Below are positions 51,880-64,000 of a stretch of DNA of 64,000 nucleotides, piece after piece. The stretch spans positions 106,828,001 through 106,892,000 of the forward strand of contig NC_087436.1 of the NCBI RefSeq assembly GCF_036321535.1, given 5' to 3'. How positions within the stretch are numbered: the first letter of the stretch is position 1; each line of letters begins with the position of its first letter. The notes under the pieces were generated by a model. It was not told the origin of the DNA. It did not search any database and was given only the letters and a program-made list of their open reading frames with translations. Made by a program: the position numbers and the translations under genes. The stretch comes from Camelus dromedarius. Its lineage: Eukaryota.

Positions 51880-54800
51880 GGAAAAAAAACAAGGAATTAA
51901 GCAAAAAATCCTTCCAGTTGATGGCAATGCCAGACAGGGAAAACAGAAGTGGGTTTACTTGAGATATAATGAGATAGAAACTGCTGTCTTAAAGGTCCTC
52001 AGTTAAGAGCATATTAGAAATGAACAAATACATTTTAAACTGCACAATTCTAAATCTAAACACACAGTGTTTGAAATAAAAGCTGTGACTATATCAATAG
52101 CAGAATGATTACAGCTGCAGAGAGAACTGGTGAACTAGAATATATGTCCAAAAATAATAGGAAACAGAGAAACAAAGATAGAAAATATGAATGAAGGGCT
52201 GCATGATATAAAGGTGGTTTTAATATACATGAAACTCAGTCCCAGACAAAACAGAGTAGAGGCAGTATTTAAAGTGATAATTGATTTTTCAATATTGATG
52301 AAAACATAGATCTAAAAATCCAGAAAATGATAAATCTAATATAAATTACAAATATAAAGAAATTGAAACTGAAGCACATTGTAGTGAAACTGCATAAGAA
52401 TAAAGACGAAAAGAAACCTACAACAGTCTAAGAGACATGGTAAATGTTCAGTGATATTAGCTCTTTTGATGATTAATTTATTTCACTTTATGGGACTGCT
52501 TCCCTGGACCTTGGCAATCCTAGCAGCTCACATACAGTCCTCAACTGGCAGTCCAAGTTAGAGTTCAAATAAGTATTCCTCTCTTTTTTTTTGAGATACA
52601 TTTTTTTCTTTTATTGAAGTATAGTCAGTTTATAATATGTGTCAATTTCTGATGTACAGCATAATGCTTCAGTCATACGTACACATACATGTATTCCTTT
52701 CCATATTCTTTTTCATTATAGGTTACTATAAGAAACTGAGTATAGTTCCTGTGCTATATAGAAGAAACTTGCTGTTTATTTTATGTATGGTAGTTAGAAT
52801 TTACAAATCTCGAACTCCCAATTTATCCCTTCTCACCCCCTTCCCCCCCTACCCCCCAGTAACCATAAGTTTGTTCCCTATGTCTGTGAGTTTGTTTCTG
52901 TTTTGTAAATAAATTTATTTGTGCCTTTTTTTTTAGATTCCACATATGAGTGATATAATGTGGTATTTTTTTTTCTTTTTCTGGCTTACTTCACTTAGAA
53001 TGATGATCTCCAGGTTCAGTATGCTTCCCTTGGCTTGGCATAACCTCTTGGGCACTTCTCTGAACTAGGCACTGAGCTCATAGTATGTACATGCTGTTTC
53101 ATTCAGCCCCCTTGGCAGCCCTCTGAGGCTGACACCACTCTTCTCACCAGAGAGAGAGGATGCCTCGACTTGGGGAGGTTTTAGATTTGCCCAAGGTCAT
53201 GTAACTAGAAGTGACAAAGCAGAGGCACAATTCTTTGACTTATGACAGCAGGTACGTTTTTCCTCTGAACATCCTCTCTTGTATAAAATAAATAAAAATT
53301 AAAAAGTGACATCTTTTATTTCATATTCTAGTGAGGTCTACATTAGAATACCTTCAACTTACAAAGCAGATATATTCTTTTATAATCCTAAAATTAAAAT
53401 AATTAAAAAGCAGCCAAATAGAAAAAAAAAAAAAGGACAGACAAATGAATAATTACAGCATCATTGGGTGTCAGAGATTAGTTGCAAGATATCTTCAAAG
53501 TACTGAGGGAAATAACTGATGACATAGAGTAGTATAACCAGGAAAATAAACCTTTGAAGAAAAGCATGAAATAATACCATGTAAAGATAAATAAAACTGA
53601 GAAGTTTCCACAAAGAAAACTGATCTAAAGAAAATTCTATAGAGTGTATCTAGGGAAGAAGGAAAGTCAAAATAAAACATAGTACATGCATATTATGCAA
53701 GTCAGAAGGAAAGTGATCAAATTTAAAGAGTCCATGGTTCTTAAATTGTTATCTAAGAGGACTAAGATACTGATTAATTTTGGACTTTCTAAAACTAAAT
53801 GTGAATGATAAAATTTTAAGGTCTATAGAAAAAGAAAACAGGGAATTAAGAAAAAACATGGAATAAAATTTTAAATAGTAACAAGCATGATAAAAAGAAA
53901 ACAACTATAAATTAAAAAGTGAGATAGTAGGTAAAAGCATAATACATCATCATTATAGAAATAAATATAGATTATACTCATTTAGGGACAGGAATTAGCT
54001 AATAGAATTTTAAGTGCCTTTATATGCTGTTTATAGAGACAGGGCTGAAAATGAAAGATATGGAAAAACCTTAAAGTAAAATGATAGGAAAGATATAGAA
54101 AACAAATGTTAACCAAAAGAATGCTAACATAACTATTTTAGTAGGAAAAATATATCTTTAGATCAGAAGCATTTTTAGGGATATATACTGTCCCTAGTTT
54201 AAGGATAAATTAATGATAGGAGGCTATACCAGGATTCTCTAATAATTATATATTATATGCTTCTAATAAACCTGTCTCAAAATAAATAAAATGTTGACAG
54301 AGCTACTGAGAAAGATTAACAAAACCATGCTGTGGCAATTTTGAGACACTTTTCTCAATTCTTGACAGATTAAACTGGAAAAGATAATTAATAAAAAAAC
54401 AGAAAATTTCAACTAAATTATACATCTAGAGTTAATAGACTTATTTATATGGAGCCCTGAGCCCAAGAATAAGAGAATATGAATTCTTCTCAAGCATCTG
54501 AAACATTTACAAAAATTAGGTACCAGATAATAATGAAGTTTTCAACAAATTTCAAAATATAGTCAAAATAAAGATCATATTTTCTGTCTACAGGCCACTA
54601 AGACCAAAACGATATTAAATACATAGCCATTTTTAAATAGATTGTGTATTATTCTAAATTGTTATACTTGAATGACAAAAAAAAACTGCATATTCATACT
54701 TTTCCTTAGAAGGAAATTTACTAAGTGCTTATATTAAAAAAAAAAAAAGAAAAGCCAAATATTAATGAGGTATGTGCAACTAAAAGAACAAAAACCTTAG

Positions 54801-54990
54801 TATAAAAGAAAAATGACATAATAAACCTATAAGCAGAATCAAAACTGCAAAATAATTACAGAATTATTTTAAAACACACACACAAGATAGTTATTTGAAG
54901 ACACTAATAAATAGACAAATCTCTGGGAGGGTTAATTAAAGAAGAAGAGAGAAGAAAAAATGAACAATATTAAATGAGAAATATATTAAA
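51880..54990 (+). mobile_element. Old L1M element, decayed ORF1 and ORF2 endonuclease region, interrupted
   Basis: cacattgtagtgaaactgca...aaagcagccaaatag...atatcttcaaagtactgagggaaataact (ORF1-like); ttgacagagctactgagaaagattaacaaa...gagaatatgaattcttctcaagca (ORF2-like). Confidence 0.7.
52585..53018 (-). mobile_element. Camelid-type L1 3' fragment
   Basis: ttttattgaagtatagtcagtttataatatgtgtcaatttctgatgtacagc...gtaaccataagtttgtt...tagattccacatatgagtgat...ctggcttacttcacttagaatg. Confidence 0.9.
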
Positions 54991-54999
54991 TAAGAGGAT

Positions 55000-57720
55000 A
55001 GTGTTGAGAATAAAGCTCTTATTGGGTAACTATGCTGCTCAGTGACTTAGGAAACATGTGAAGAGAAGGAGGCTTGGGAAAAGACACTCGGACATTGCAG
55101 TTGAGGACTTTTTGGGACAATCAAATGATGGTGTCAAATAGCCAGCTGTCTTCCAGGCTTATAGAATGATCCATAGATAAAGTCAATCAGCAAACTTAAA
55201 AATATTGTAATCATTTTCTATATGCCACTGATTCTCTTAAGTAATACATATGTATGTTTTCTTCATTAATGTGTAAAACAAATTATTCTCACCTTTATGT
55301 GACAAATAACTGCTCTGAGGCATAAACAAGTAATTTCTCATCGGATACCTAGTAACTGGTAGAGTACGAATACAAACCTTGAACATAGTCTACTATCTCC
55401 AGAATTTGTGTTCTTAAACACTGTCCTACACACCCTCATCTGAGCTGGAGAGTTACAGATTGGGATCCATGATGCTATAGATTGGAAATGGATGCCCTGG
55501 AAACAGAAAATATTAGGCAGGGGGATTATTTAAAATAAGAAGGTAAAAGGGCTTAGGGCAGAATTCTAAAGACTGCCAATAATTAAAGGGTCAGCCAAGG
55601 AGAAAGGGAAGCTCACAAAGAGACGAAATGAAATGGTCAAGGAAGTGTAAGGCGAACAAGGAGAGTGCGGTAACAGATAAGTCATAGGGAGAGGGCATTT
55701 CGAGAAAGAAAGAGCAGTCAATAGTGTCAAACTCTGCCAAGTGTTCGGATAGATAAGGCCTGGAAATTATTTATTGGATTTAACTACAAGGCCATCATTG
55801 CTGACATTGACAAGAGCAGGTTCAGCACAGTGGGGGAAGTTGAATCCAGATTTCAGAAGGTTGTGGAGTGAAAAGGAGAAACAAAAATGGACCCAGAATT
55901 CAGACTTTTATGATATGTTTGGCTGTGAATGGGAAGAGAAAAATGTGTTGGTTACTGAAGGAGAACATGGGGATGATTTTTTCTTTCCAAAGAGTGTATT
56001 TAAATGCTGTTTATAAGAAATAAACATACTGGTAGAAATTAAATATATAAGAGTAAGAGGATAATTTATTTTTTCATCAGTGACTTTTATTGTACTTAAA
56101 CTTCTAAGACGTTTATAAATACTAACTTTTGCAATTCTCACCACTAGTCTATGCAGTAGGGATATTTCTATTCCCCATTTTACAGTTAAATTATGAGCAT
56201 GAAGAGGTTAGGTCGAATGCTCAGGATTACTCAATTAGTGAAGAGGCACAGTTCAAATCAGGGCCGTGGCTTCTCCATTAGGCCAATTATCTTTGGGTAA
56301 GCAACAAAGCAAACATCTTTCAGAAGGAGCCGAAGGGATTCAGCCAACAATTTGAGAGGTGAACCTTGGAAAGGAGGAGGGACATTTCTTACACTGTAGT
56401 AGAAGGAAAGAGGTAATCTTGTGCAGAAGCACGTATGTTTGGGGCTGTAGTAGCTGGAAGTTCAGAGGGTTTCCATGAAAAGAATTCTGTTCTTACTGTG
56501 AAATTGTCATTTTAAGGACATCTGTGAGAGATGGGTGAGGTGATAGGGTTAGAAATTTGAAGCAAATGGAGGTGGTTTGGCATGTGTCATAGAGTAAAGG
56601 AAAAAATGAGCTTATTATGGACACAGGAGGACTGCAGGGCAGCGATGAGCCATTTTATATCAGTGACTACAGATTAGTGACAACTCCAGTGTGCAAGATT
56701 GTATATTTTTCCTCTAGCAGTGCTTAGAAGCTCAGAGCAGTAGTTTTCCATGAGGGTGTAACTTCACCAGGTGACAATAATGGAAGGGATCACAGAAAAA
56801 TAAAGTTGAGGCTATTGACCAAAGACCAGTTTGAAGCGATTACACTCGGAATCCAAGCTGGATACAGAAGGCAGTGAATAGACAACTGTAAGCAGAGACA
56901 AAAGTACCCCCGGGCAGTGGTTCCTAATCTGCCTGCACAGTACTTGGGTTGCTTTTATAAAATATCAGAGCCTAAATCCAAAACCCAGAAATTCTGAAAT
57001 AATTGGTCTTTGATAGGACAAAAGGCGTCCACATTTTCTTAAAGCTCCCAGCGTGATTTGAACGTACCCCAGTCACAATCACAGCTTTGGGTGCTCCAGA
57101 TAGATGGAAGAAGTGATGTAGGAAGAGCCGAGTTCAGGAGCTGGAGGAGTGGGAGGCTGGGGAGAGAGGGAAGTCATTGACTTAATGAATTCAGAGAGAA
57201 GCCTTGCCCTGATGGGGACAAAGTCCAAGTGGCAGGCACACTGTGGCTCTTGGCCAGTATGAGACATGTCCTATATTGGCCTAGAAGTCACCCTGGATCA
57301 TAGTGGGATTTCAGATGGAAAAGAAAAGTGTGAAATAAAAGCCATAGCCTTTAGCGGAATAAGAGGGTTAAATCAGAAGTTTGTGGATAATAGTGAGGAA
57401 GTAGTGATTTAGCCAGATGGCACACACTTTCAAGAAGGAAGTTTTGTTTTCGTTTTGTTATTGCTGTTTTTCTTTATGGAGAAGAAAGCATAAGCCTCAG
57501 AAGAAGCATGTTAGAGGTAGTTGGACTGTGAATCTATAACTTGAAATGTTTTGCAAGGCTCTAAAAACAGCAGCTGCCACTTAAGAAAGTGAAATCCTCT
57601 TGGAAAGGCCAAGTTGTAGTTAAACCAGGTATAAAGAATAAGGTCAGACAAAAAGGTTGAGGTTGCAGCATAGCTTTTTAACAAACATGGAGGAATAATA
57701 GGAAAAGGAAGAGAATGAAG
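55000..57720 (-). mobile_element. Long L2 remnant with nested MIR and MER5A
   Basis: tcaatagtgtcaaactctgcc...ttggatttaactacaaggccatcattgctgac...gaatccagatttcagaaggttgtggagtgaa...gaagtcaccctggatcatagtggg. Nested MIR about 56100-56280; MER5A about 56915-57090. Confidence 0.65.
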
Positions 57721-57999
57721 AACAGTCATTAAAGTGAAACACAAGAAATTGAAGTGATGAGATATCTTGGAAAGAGAGATAATTGGACAGATTTAAATAT
57801 GGAGTGTGGAGCATTCACATTAAAACTACAAATAAGACCTGAATGCACCTTACCATGTAAGTATTCTAATAATTCTAAAAACGTTTCAATTTGTTGTAAT
57901 TGTTTTTCACTGGATTCTATTTCATTGTCCAGGGAAATATATCATCTTTAACTAATAATCATTTTGTTTTATATTCGCCAATATTTGTGCCTCCATTTC

Positions 58000-59790
58000 T
58001 CTTTATGTGGTTTCTCTATTAAATAAAATGCTTTTGATATAGATTTTCTTTAATGTATAAGGAAGTTGCCTTTTAAATGTTTATGAGAAATGAACAGTTA
58101 GTTAATTTTATCAAATGCATTTTGGGCAACTATCAAGACAGTCACATGGTTTTTCTTTTTTGTACAATTGATTATATATACATATAATTTATTTATATAC
58201 GATAAGCAATTGCCCTTGAATTTTTTGGACCCAGGCCATTTCATCATTTAATATTGCTGTTTTTATATGATACTAGGCACAAATTGATGTTTTCTTGAGG
58301 ATCTTTAAATCTATAATCCTAAAACTGTGGCATTATGGTATACTTTTGCATGCTAATTTGAAAGATTTGGGGGCCTGTCTTTTATTTGCTTCATAAAGCA
58401 TTTTCTATGTTCTGAAACTGTCTAAATAGCATAAGAATTATCTTGACATAACTTTCCCGTGAAATCATCTGAATCATCTTTCCCTGGTACCATTTTTAGA
58501 AGACCTTTTTCTTTAAGTTTCATGTTTTCTATTTGTCTTTATTTGATTTTTACATCTTAAGTTAATTTTGATAATTAATATATCTTTATATTCTATGACC
58601 TATTTTCCAATTTTGAGTTTATAGTGATTTTACATTGAAAATAATATTGTATGTGATTTTAATGTATTTTTTATTCCTAATGCTTTATAGTTGTGACTTC
58701 CTCTACTTTCATTTCCTTTCTTTCAATGAACATCACCAGGTTTGACTATCCTATTCTATTTTTTTAATCTTCATTTATATTTATTTTTCTATTCTGCTAC
58801 TTTTTGGTTTTCTAACTCATTCTCTTCTGTCTGTATTTCTCATTTATTAATTCCTTTACTCTGCTTTACTCAGTTTTTGTTTTACTTTGTCATGAATTCT
58901 TGAGCTGAATGTTCAGTCTTTCATTTTCATTATTTCTTGCATAAAATATGTGCATTTAGGTATATGGAAATTTCTAGGTGGAAATTTGTCTGCATTCCAT
59001 TCACGTAATAGGCGGTAGTTGCATTTATGGTGTACTCTAATAGTTGTCAGGACAAATATAATTTCTGCTTTGACCTCAGAGTTATTTATGATTTTTTTAT
59101 TTTCCAAGCTTTTTTAAACATATATTTTTCTCATTAATATTTAGTTTCATTGCATTAACATCAAGATAATGTAACCCATAAACTGACTTCTTTTTAAATG
59201 TATCCAGATTTTGTGGGGGTGGCTATCGTATGTACAGTTTTTGTATAAGATCTGTGATGCCCAGCAAGGTATTTTTTTCTTCGTACTGTGGAATGTTTGG
59301 TATGTATGTATATAATGTATAAAAAAATAGCAAATAGTAATTATATTGTTTGATATGTTATAATGAAATAATATAGTATAGCAGATATTAAATTATATAA
59401 CTATAACGTTAATTAGTAAATAACAAAATAACATGTAGTATACAATATATTTTATTAATTTATGACTTTCATATCCTGATGAACTTTTGCATACCAAATT
59501 TGTCAGACATAAATAAGTGTGCTACTAACTTCCATGAAAATAATATTTCAACTTCGGTAATTTTGAGCCAACTTCATTTGCTATGAGATATTTATATTAC
59601 TGCAAATTTATACCATTGTGAGTCATTATTTTTATGAAATGACTACTTTTGTCTTATAAAATGCTCTTTGCCTTGAATTTTATTTGACCTTTGCTTACCT
59701 GACATTTATACTTACCTGAAAATATATTTGCTCATCCTTTACTTTTAATCAAGGAATTTCACTTATCTTTAAGTGTTGTTACTTTAAATC
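58000..59790 (-). mobile_element. Old L1M ORF2 remnant
   Basis: ttttatcaaatgcattttgggcaactatcaagacagtcacatggtttttc...ttcccgtgaaatcatctg...tttgccttgaattttattt. Confidence 0.7.
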
Positions 59791-60587
59791 TGACTCATAG
59801 GGCAGGCCTTGCGATGAGGCCAGAGCCCCCCAGTGCCAAGTCTCCAATCCTTTGTTTGCCCTGCTGCCTCTTCCATCTGCACTGTTCTCTTCTGAGCCTC
59901 CTTCCTAGTGTGACCTTCCCTTGAGGATTTAATTTTGTCTACTCTACCCTCAACTGTATTCTCTGTACTTCATTCACATTTTTCTCAGAGCAATTTTATT
60001 ATTGCATTCATATTTTTACATATGTCTTCACACAGTAGCTTTGTTTTCCTTGAAGACAAGAATTGGTGACTTTTTTTTTGAAGTACCTGTTAATGGATGC
60101 CAATAAATGCTTATGAAATAAACAAGTGAATAAATGAATAGATGGAAGTATCTTTAGGCAGCATCAGGAAAGGATGAGTTTTTTGCCTTTGGAGGCCTTA
60201 GAGGTACTTCCTAAACAAAATCCTGTAGTTTACAGTCACTTACTCAGACCTTCAAATAAAGCAAGTAAGGAAAAATACCAACCAAACCTATAAATGTCAA
60301 ACTTGAATGAAATGTTTTAATAACCAATAGATATTGATTTTATACTGTGTAACTATACTACTTTCCTAAATTTAAAATCCTGTTGAGTCTCTCTGGGATG
60401 CCCATGGGTACATTTGCCTTTGAAAGTCACATTTTAAAATTAATGAAATTTATGTTCTTTATTAAAGGGGAAAAGGAAACCGCCTCCTTAAAGTTATGCT
60501 TTTCATAGTATGTTGCAAATCACTTCATCGTTCAATAGGAATTTGCTCATCTGATATTCTTGCATACCCTGCAAATGTATCCTTTGA

Positions 60588-60620
60588 TATCACATATTAT
60601 CACATATTATCACATATTAT
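60588..60620. repeat. 10-bp tandem repeat (tatcacatat) x3
   Basis: Direct read. Confidence 0.9.
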
Positions 60621-61664
60621 GTATGTACTTTTAGGCCATTATATGTTAATCAACTTAATGCTTTGGTTTTTATTCCATATACTTCATTTTGCATACTTGG
60701 GAAGATATAGCAGACAGCTTTGTAGTGTGTACCTCAGATTTGATAGTAACTATACTCTTATGGATTCCCACTAACATTTCCTGTTTTTTATGTTGACCCA
60801 GGTAGACATGGTCTGGCTCCACTGATGGATAATGTACAGTATTTCAAACCTTGGAGCAAAGGGTCCTCCAAATCATAGACCTTGTAACGCTATGGAAAGA
60901 ACACTCCTTTGTGTTCTCGTTCTCGTGATGTCCCCATGTGTGCACTTGCATTGTTTCTTTACCCCTGAGTCTCAACTTCTTCAACAGATAAAATGGAAAT
61001 GTTGTAATGGAGAAATCAGAGCCTCATTGGGGTCTTGAAAGATGACTATGATGAGAAAACTAGTGATAGGCAACTGGAGGGGCTCTAGGCAGAAAGGAGG
61101 GCAGAGGCAAGTTACTACATGGTAGAAATTCACTGGGGATTTAAACCAACAAATTTGGCAATGAAAAAAAAAGAAAGGTAGAACATGTTACATTGCCCCA
61201 AATTGTGGAAATGTGAAGTGTTACATAACTTTTTAAAATCTGGCTTTTTTATATACTAATGTTGGTTCCTTTTTCTGTTTGTGTAATTATTTGATCTTTT
61301 TTTTTAACCTATATCTTATTTGACTTTTTCTTATTCATTTTCATTTTCTTCTCCTATATCCTGTTTTTGTTGTTTGTTTGTTTGTTTTGCTTTTCTGCTT
61401 TTCACAATAATCCATCTTCAAAACTCTGATGTCTACCTTTCTTTGGATACAAAAGAATTGTGAAAAGTAATAGATATCATTGGTACAAAACATGTCACCA
61501 CTGGAAATTTTAAAGTATTTTGCCAGCAATATTTCATGGATTATTTCCAGTACTCTAATGGAAATGTAAATAAATGTACAATTTATTGTACTGTCTTTGC
61601 TGAAGACGAATCTGTCAAATGAGAATGTCTGGAGAGAGTGATAATGTTTTTATTCATCCATAAA

Positions 61665-61935
61665 TTCAGCAATTCATTTAATCATTAAACTGATAATTAT
61701 TGAGTCCTTTATGTGTGACATTCACTGTGTTTGGGGCTAGAGACATAGTCCCTGTTCTCCAGAACTTAAAACCAAGTGTGGAAAACAGACAGTAGACAAG
61801 TAAACACAGACCTAAGTATATAATTATAAATTGAGATTGATGCCATAAAGGAAAGGACAAACTGCTATAACAGACTACCAGAGGTAGACATAACTTGTAT
61901 TGGATAGTCAGCGCAGGCCTGTCAAAGAGTATGTT
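61665..61935 (-). mobile_element. L2 LINE 3' end
   Basis: aattattgagtcctttatgtgtgacattcactgtgtttggggctagagacatagtccctgttctccagaactt. Confidence 0.7.
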
Positions 61936-62469
61936 CTTAATTACAAGCTCTGGCTTAAGTAATTCTCTGGGAAATACTCATCTCTCTTCAACAACTAAGG
62001 TAACTATTGTCTCTCAGGTCAACCACTAGGATTTTTCTTTTCTGGGGAATCCTGAACTATTCATGTCACTAATGGGTTTGATTCAATTCGGTTTGCTGTG
62101 GAAGTGTATCAGGGTACATCTTAATTTGGAGTTCTGAACTTGAAACAAAAAAATACATTTTTTTGTCCTAACGTAAATATAATTTTGATTCAAGACCTCT
62201 ATTTTTCCTAAGCATGAACAACTCGCAATACCTTTCTGTTTAGTCGTGTAATATTAAAGAGTTGTTTGTTTACATCAGACATGAGATATTTACAACCAAT
62301 GAAAATTTTGTGACACTTTATGAGCAACATAGCCAAAGTAAAAATTCAATAAGCCAGTGGTTAGTAACTAATAAAATAAGGCAATTCTTGAATAATGCCA
62401 GCAAACCTGTGAATAGGTGCAACATTTAAGCAAAATGAGAAACTGAGTACACTTAAAAATGCTCTATGC

Positions 62470-62585
62470 TTTAATATGGTTTTTATCCTGGGCTTCTATG
62501 CATTTAAAACTCTTATTCTGAGGTGGTTTCAAAAGACTGCTAAAATGGTCCGTGGCACAAAACAAGTTAAAACTCCTCACCTAGA
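62470..62585. mobile_element. hAT-Charlie-type MITE end
   Basis: aaaactcttattctgag...aagactgctaaaatggtccgtggcacaaaacaagttaaaactcct. Confidence 0.5.
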
Positions 62586-63569
62586 GTGACCTCTGATGAT
62601 GGTGATGAGCAGTCTTAGTGACTTACAGTTGTGACTCTAGTTAACACATAAGACTAAAGTCAGGTACTGCAAAATGTTTTGATAATTTTAAGTGAAAGAT
62701 GTAAAGCAAACGGATAATGTGCTATTATTGTCAGTTTGAAGGGTATGCTTTTGGAAATTACAGCATTTTCCACAAATAGTCTTGGCTAAGATAGAGGTTC
62801 TGTCTGTCCTCTTTTGTCAAGTCAGGCTTGATAGATATTTCCAACTGTTCATTAAATAATATCTAAATCATAAAGCAATAACCATCATATGACTCTCACA
62901 TAACTATCTGTTTCTAAAAGAATTATAGCACTGATGGCTTTTAATGGCCATTTACAATGCCAGAATACTCTTAGGTGATCTCCAGTGGAATCAGTCCAAA
63001 TTGGTTACCCAGTGGAATTGATCTTTAGTTAAAGGTCAAATTCAGTTTTACCTTCAAAATTGAGAAGACTTGGATGTGAAGGCTTCCTCTTAATAATAAT
63101 CTTTTGTAAAATTAACTCTATATTCATTTTTTTAAATCTTTAGTTTGAAGAAAAGGAATGATGCCATTTTTCTCCCACCCCCCAAGTCTCAAAAGGATTG
63201 ACAGATTGACATGGGCTCTGATATACTGAGATTCAAATAGTCACTTTCATTCTATATAAAGTGCTTTAGAGAAAGTATCCATGGAACTGCAGCAAATCAC
63301 ATTTACTGACTCTTTACCAAAGACTGAAGTTCACTCATCTAGTCACACAATTGTTATACAGACATAGACACTTTCACTGCGGGCTTGACTTTGAAAATTT
63401 AGATGACAGAATCAGAGAATGCATTTTTTCTCCTGCAAGTAATGTGGTTCCCATAATAAGAGAATAAACAGAGTGACTAAGCTGACCACGTTCACTTGCT
63501 TTTTCTAGAATCATCTGTTAAATAACTGAGTGCTGTGGGATAGAGACCTGGAAAAAAAAGTGAGGAAAG

Positions 63570-64000
63570 AATCTCTAATGGTCATCTCAACCCTAATTTG
63601 TCCAATAGTAAATCCTAATCTTCCTCCCACCCTCCCTATAACCTACTCTCCTCCCAGTTTTTTCCGTACGTTTTTTATATGGCAACTTTGTCCTTGACAT
63701 CTTCTCTCTTTCACACACCCCACCTCACAGCTGGTCTACCTGCATCGAACCTTGACTTCCAGAGTTGATTCTCAATACTGCAACCTGCATACTTCTTTTA
63801 AAACGAAGGTTAGCTCTTGCTTCTCCTCCACACAAAACCCTGCATTGGCTCTCATTGCCCTGAGAGTAAGCCCCAGTGCTTAGAAAGCCCTGTGTAGTCT
63901 ACACGTAAACCTGCTGCTCCTCTGATGTCCTATCCTCATGCCTGTCTCTTTCTACTCTGTTCCAGCTTCGCCAGCCTTTTCTGGGTTCTGTGAGCCCCCA
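63570..64000 (+). mobile_element. L2 LINE fragment, running off the window end
   Basis: catcttctctctttcacacacccc...cattggctctcattgccctgagagtaagcccc...ctactctgttccagc. Confidence 0.6.

Overview
Mammalian genomic DNA (AT-rich, CpG-depleted, dense in interspersed repeats), not prokaryotic. The L1 3' tails are of cetartiodactyl type, and I saw no Alu, Bov-tA, PRE-1 or CAN SINEs, so a camelid is the best guess (inference). I recognise no intact protein-coding exon, tRNA, rRNA or CRISPR array. The ORF track is explained by chance ORFs, microsatellites and decayed L1 frames, so the window reads as intergenic or deep intronic. It opens on a CpG-rich regulatory-looking segment (about 1-1340), followed by MIR, L2, L1, HAL1, MaLR/ERV LTR and hAT/TcMar MITE remnants with unique stretches between them. 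The most notable item, which the ORF track only partly shows, is a minus-strand fossil (about 24,990-26,200) of an RTE-X (L4-like) non-LTR retrotransposon reverse transcriptase. Its motifs are readable in the correct order across frameshifts, it keeps more CpG than its flank, and it sits next to CRE and C/EBP-ATF motifs, making it a candidate exapted element. Also reported: a motif-dense unique block at 28.7-29.4 kb containing a 66-nt intron-like unit, multi-level transposon nesting, and a possible retroposed insert. I did not find evidence for a wholly new biological system. Repeat names come from remembered consensus sequences and need RepeatMasker/Dfam confirmation; repeat boundaries are approximate.
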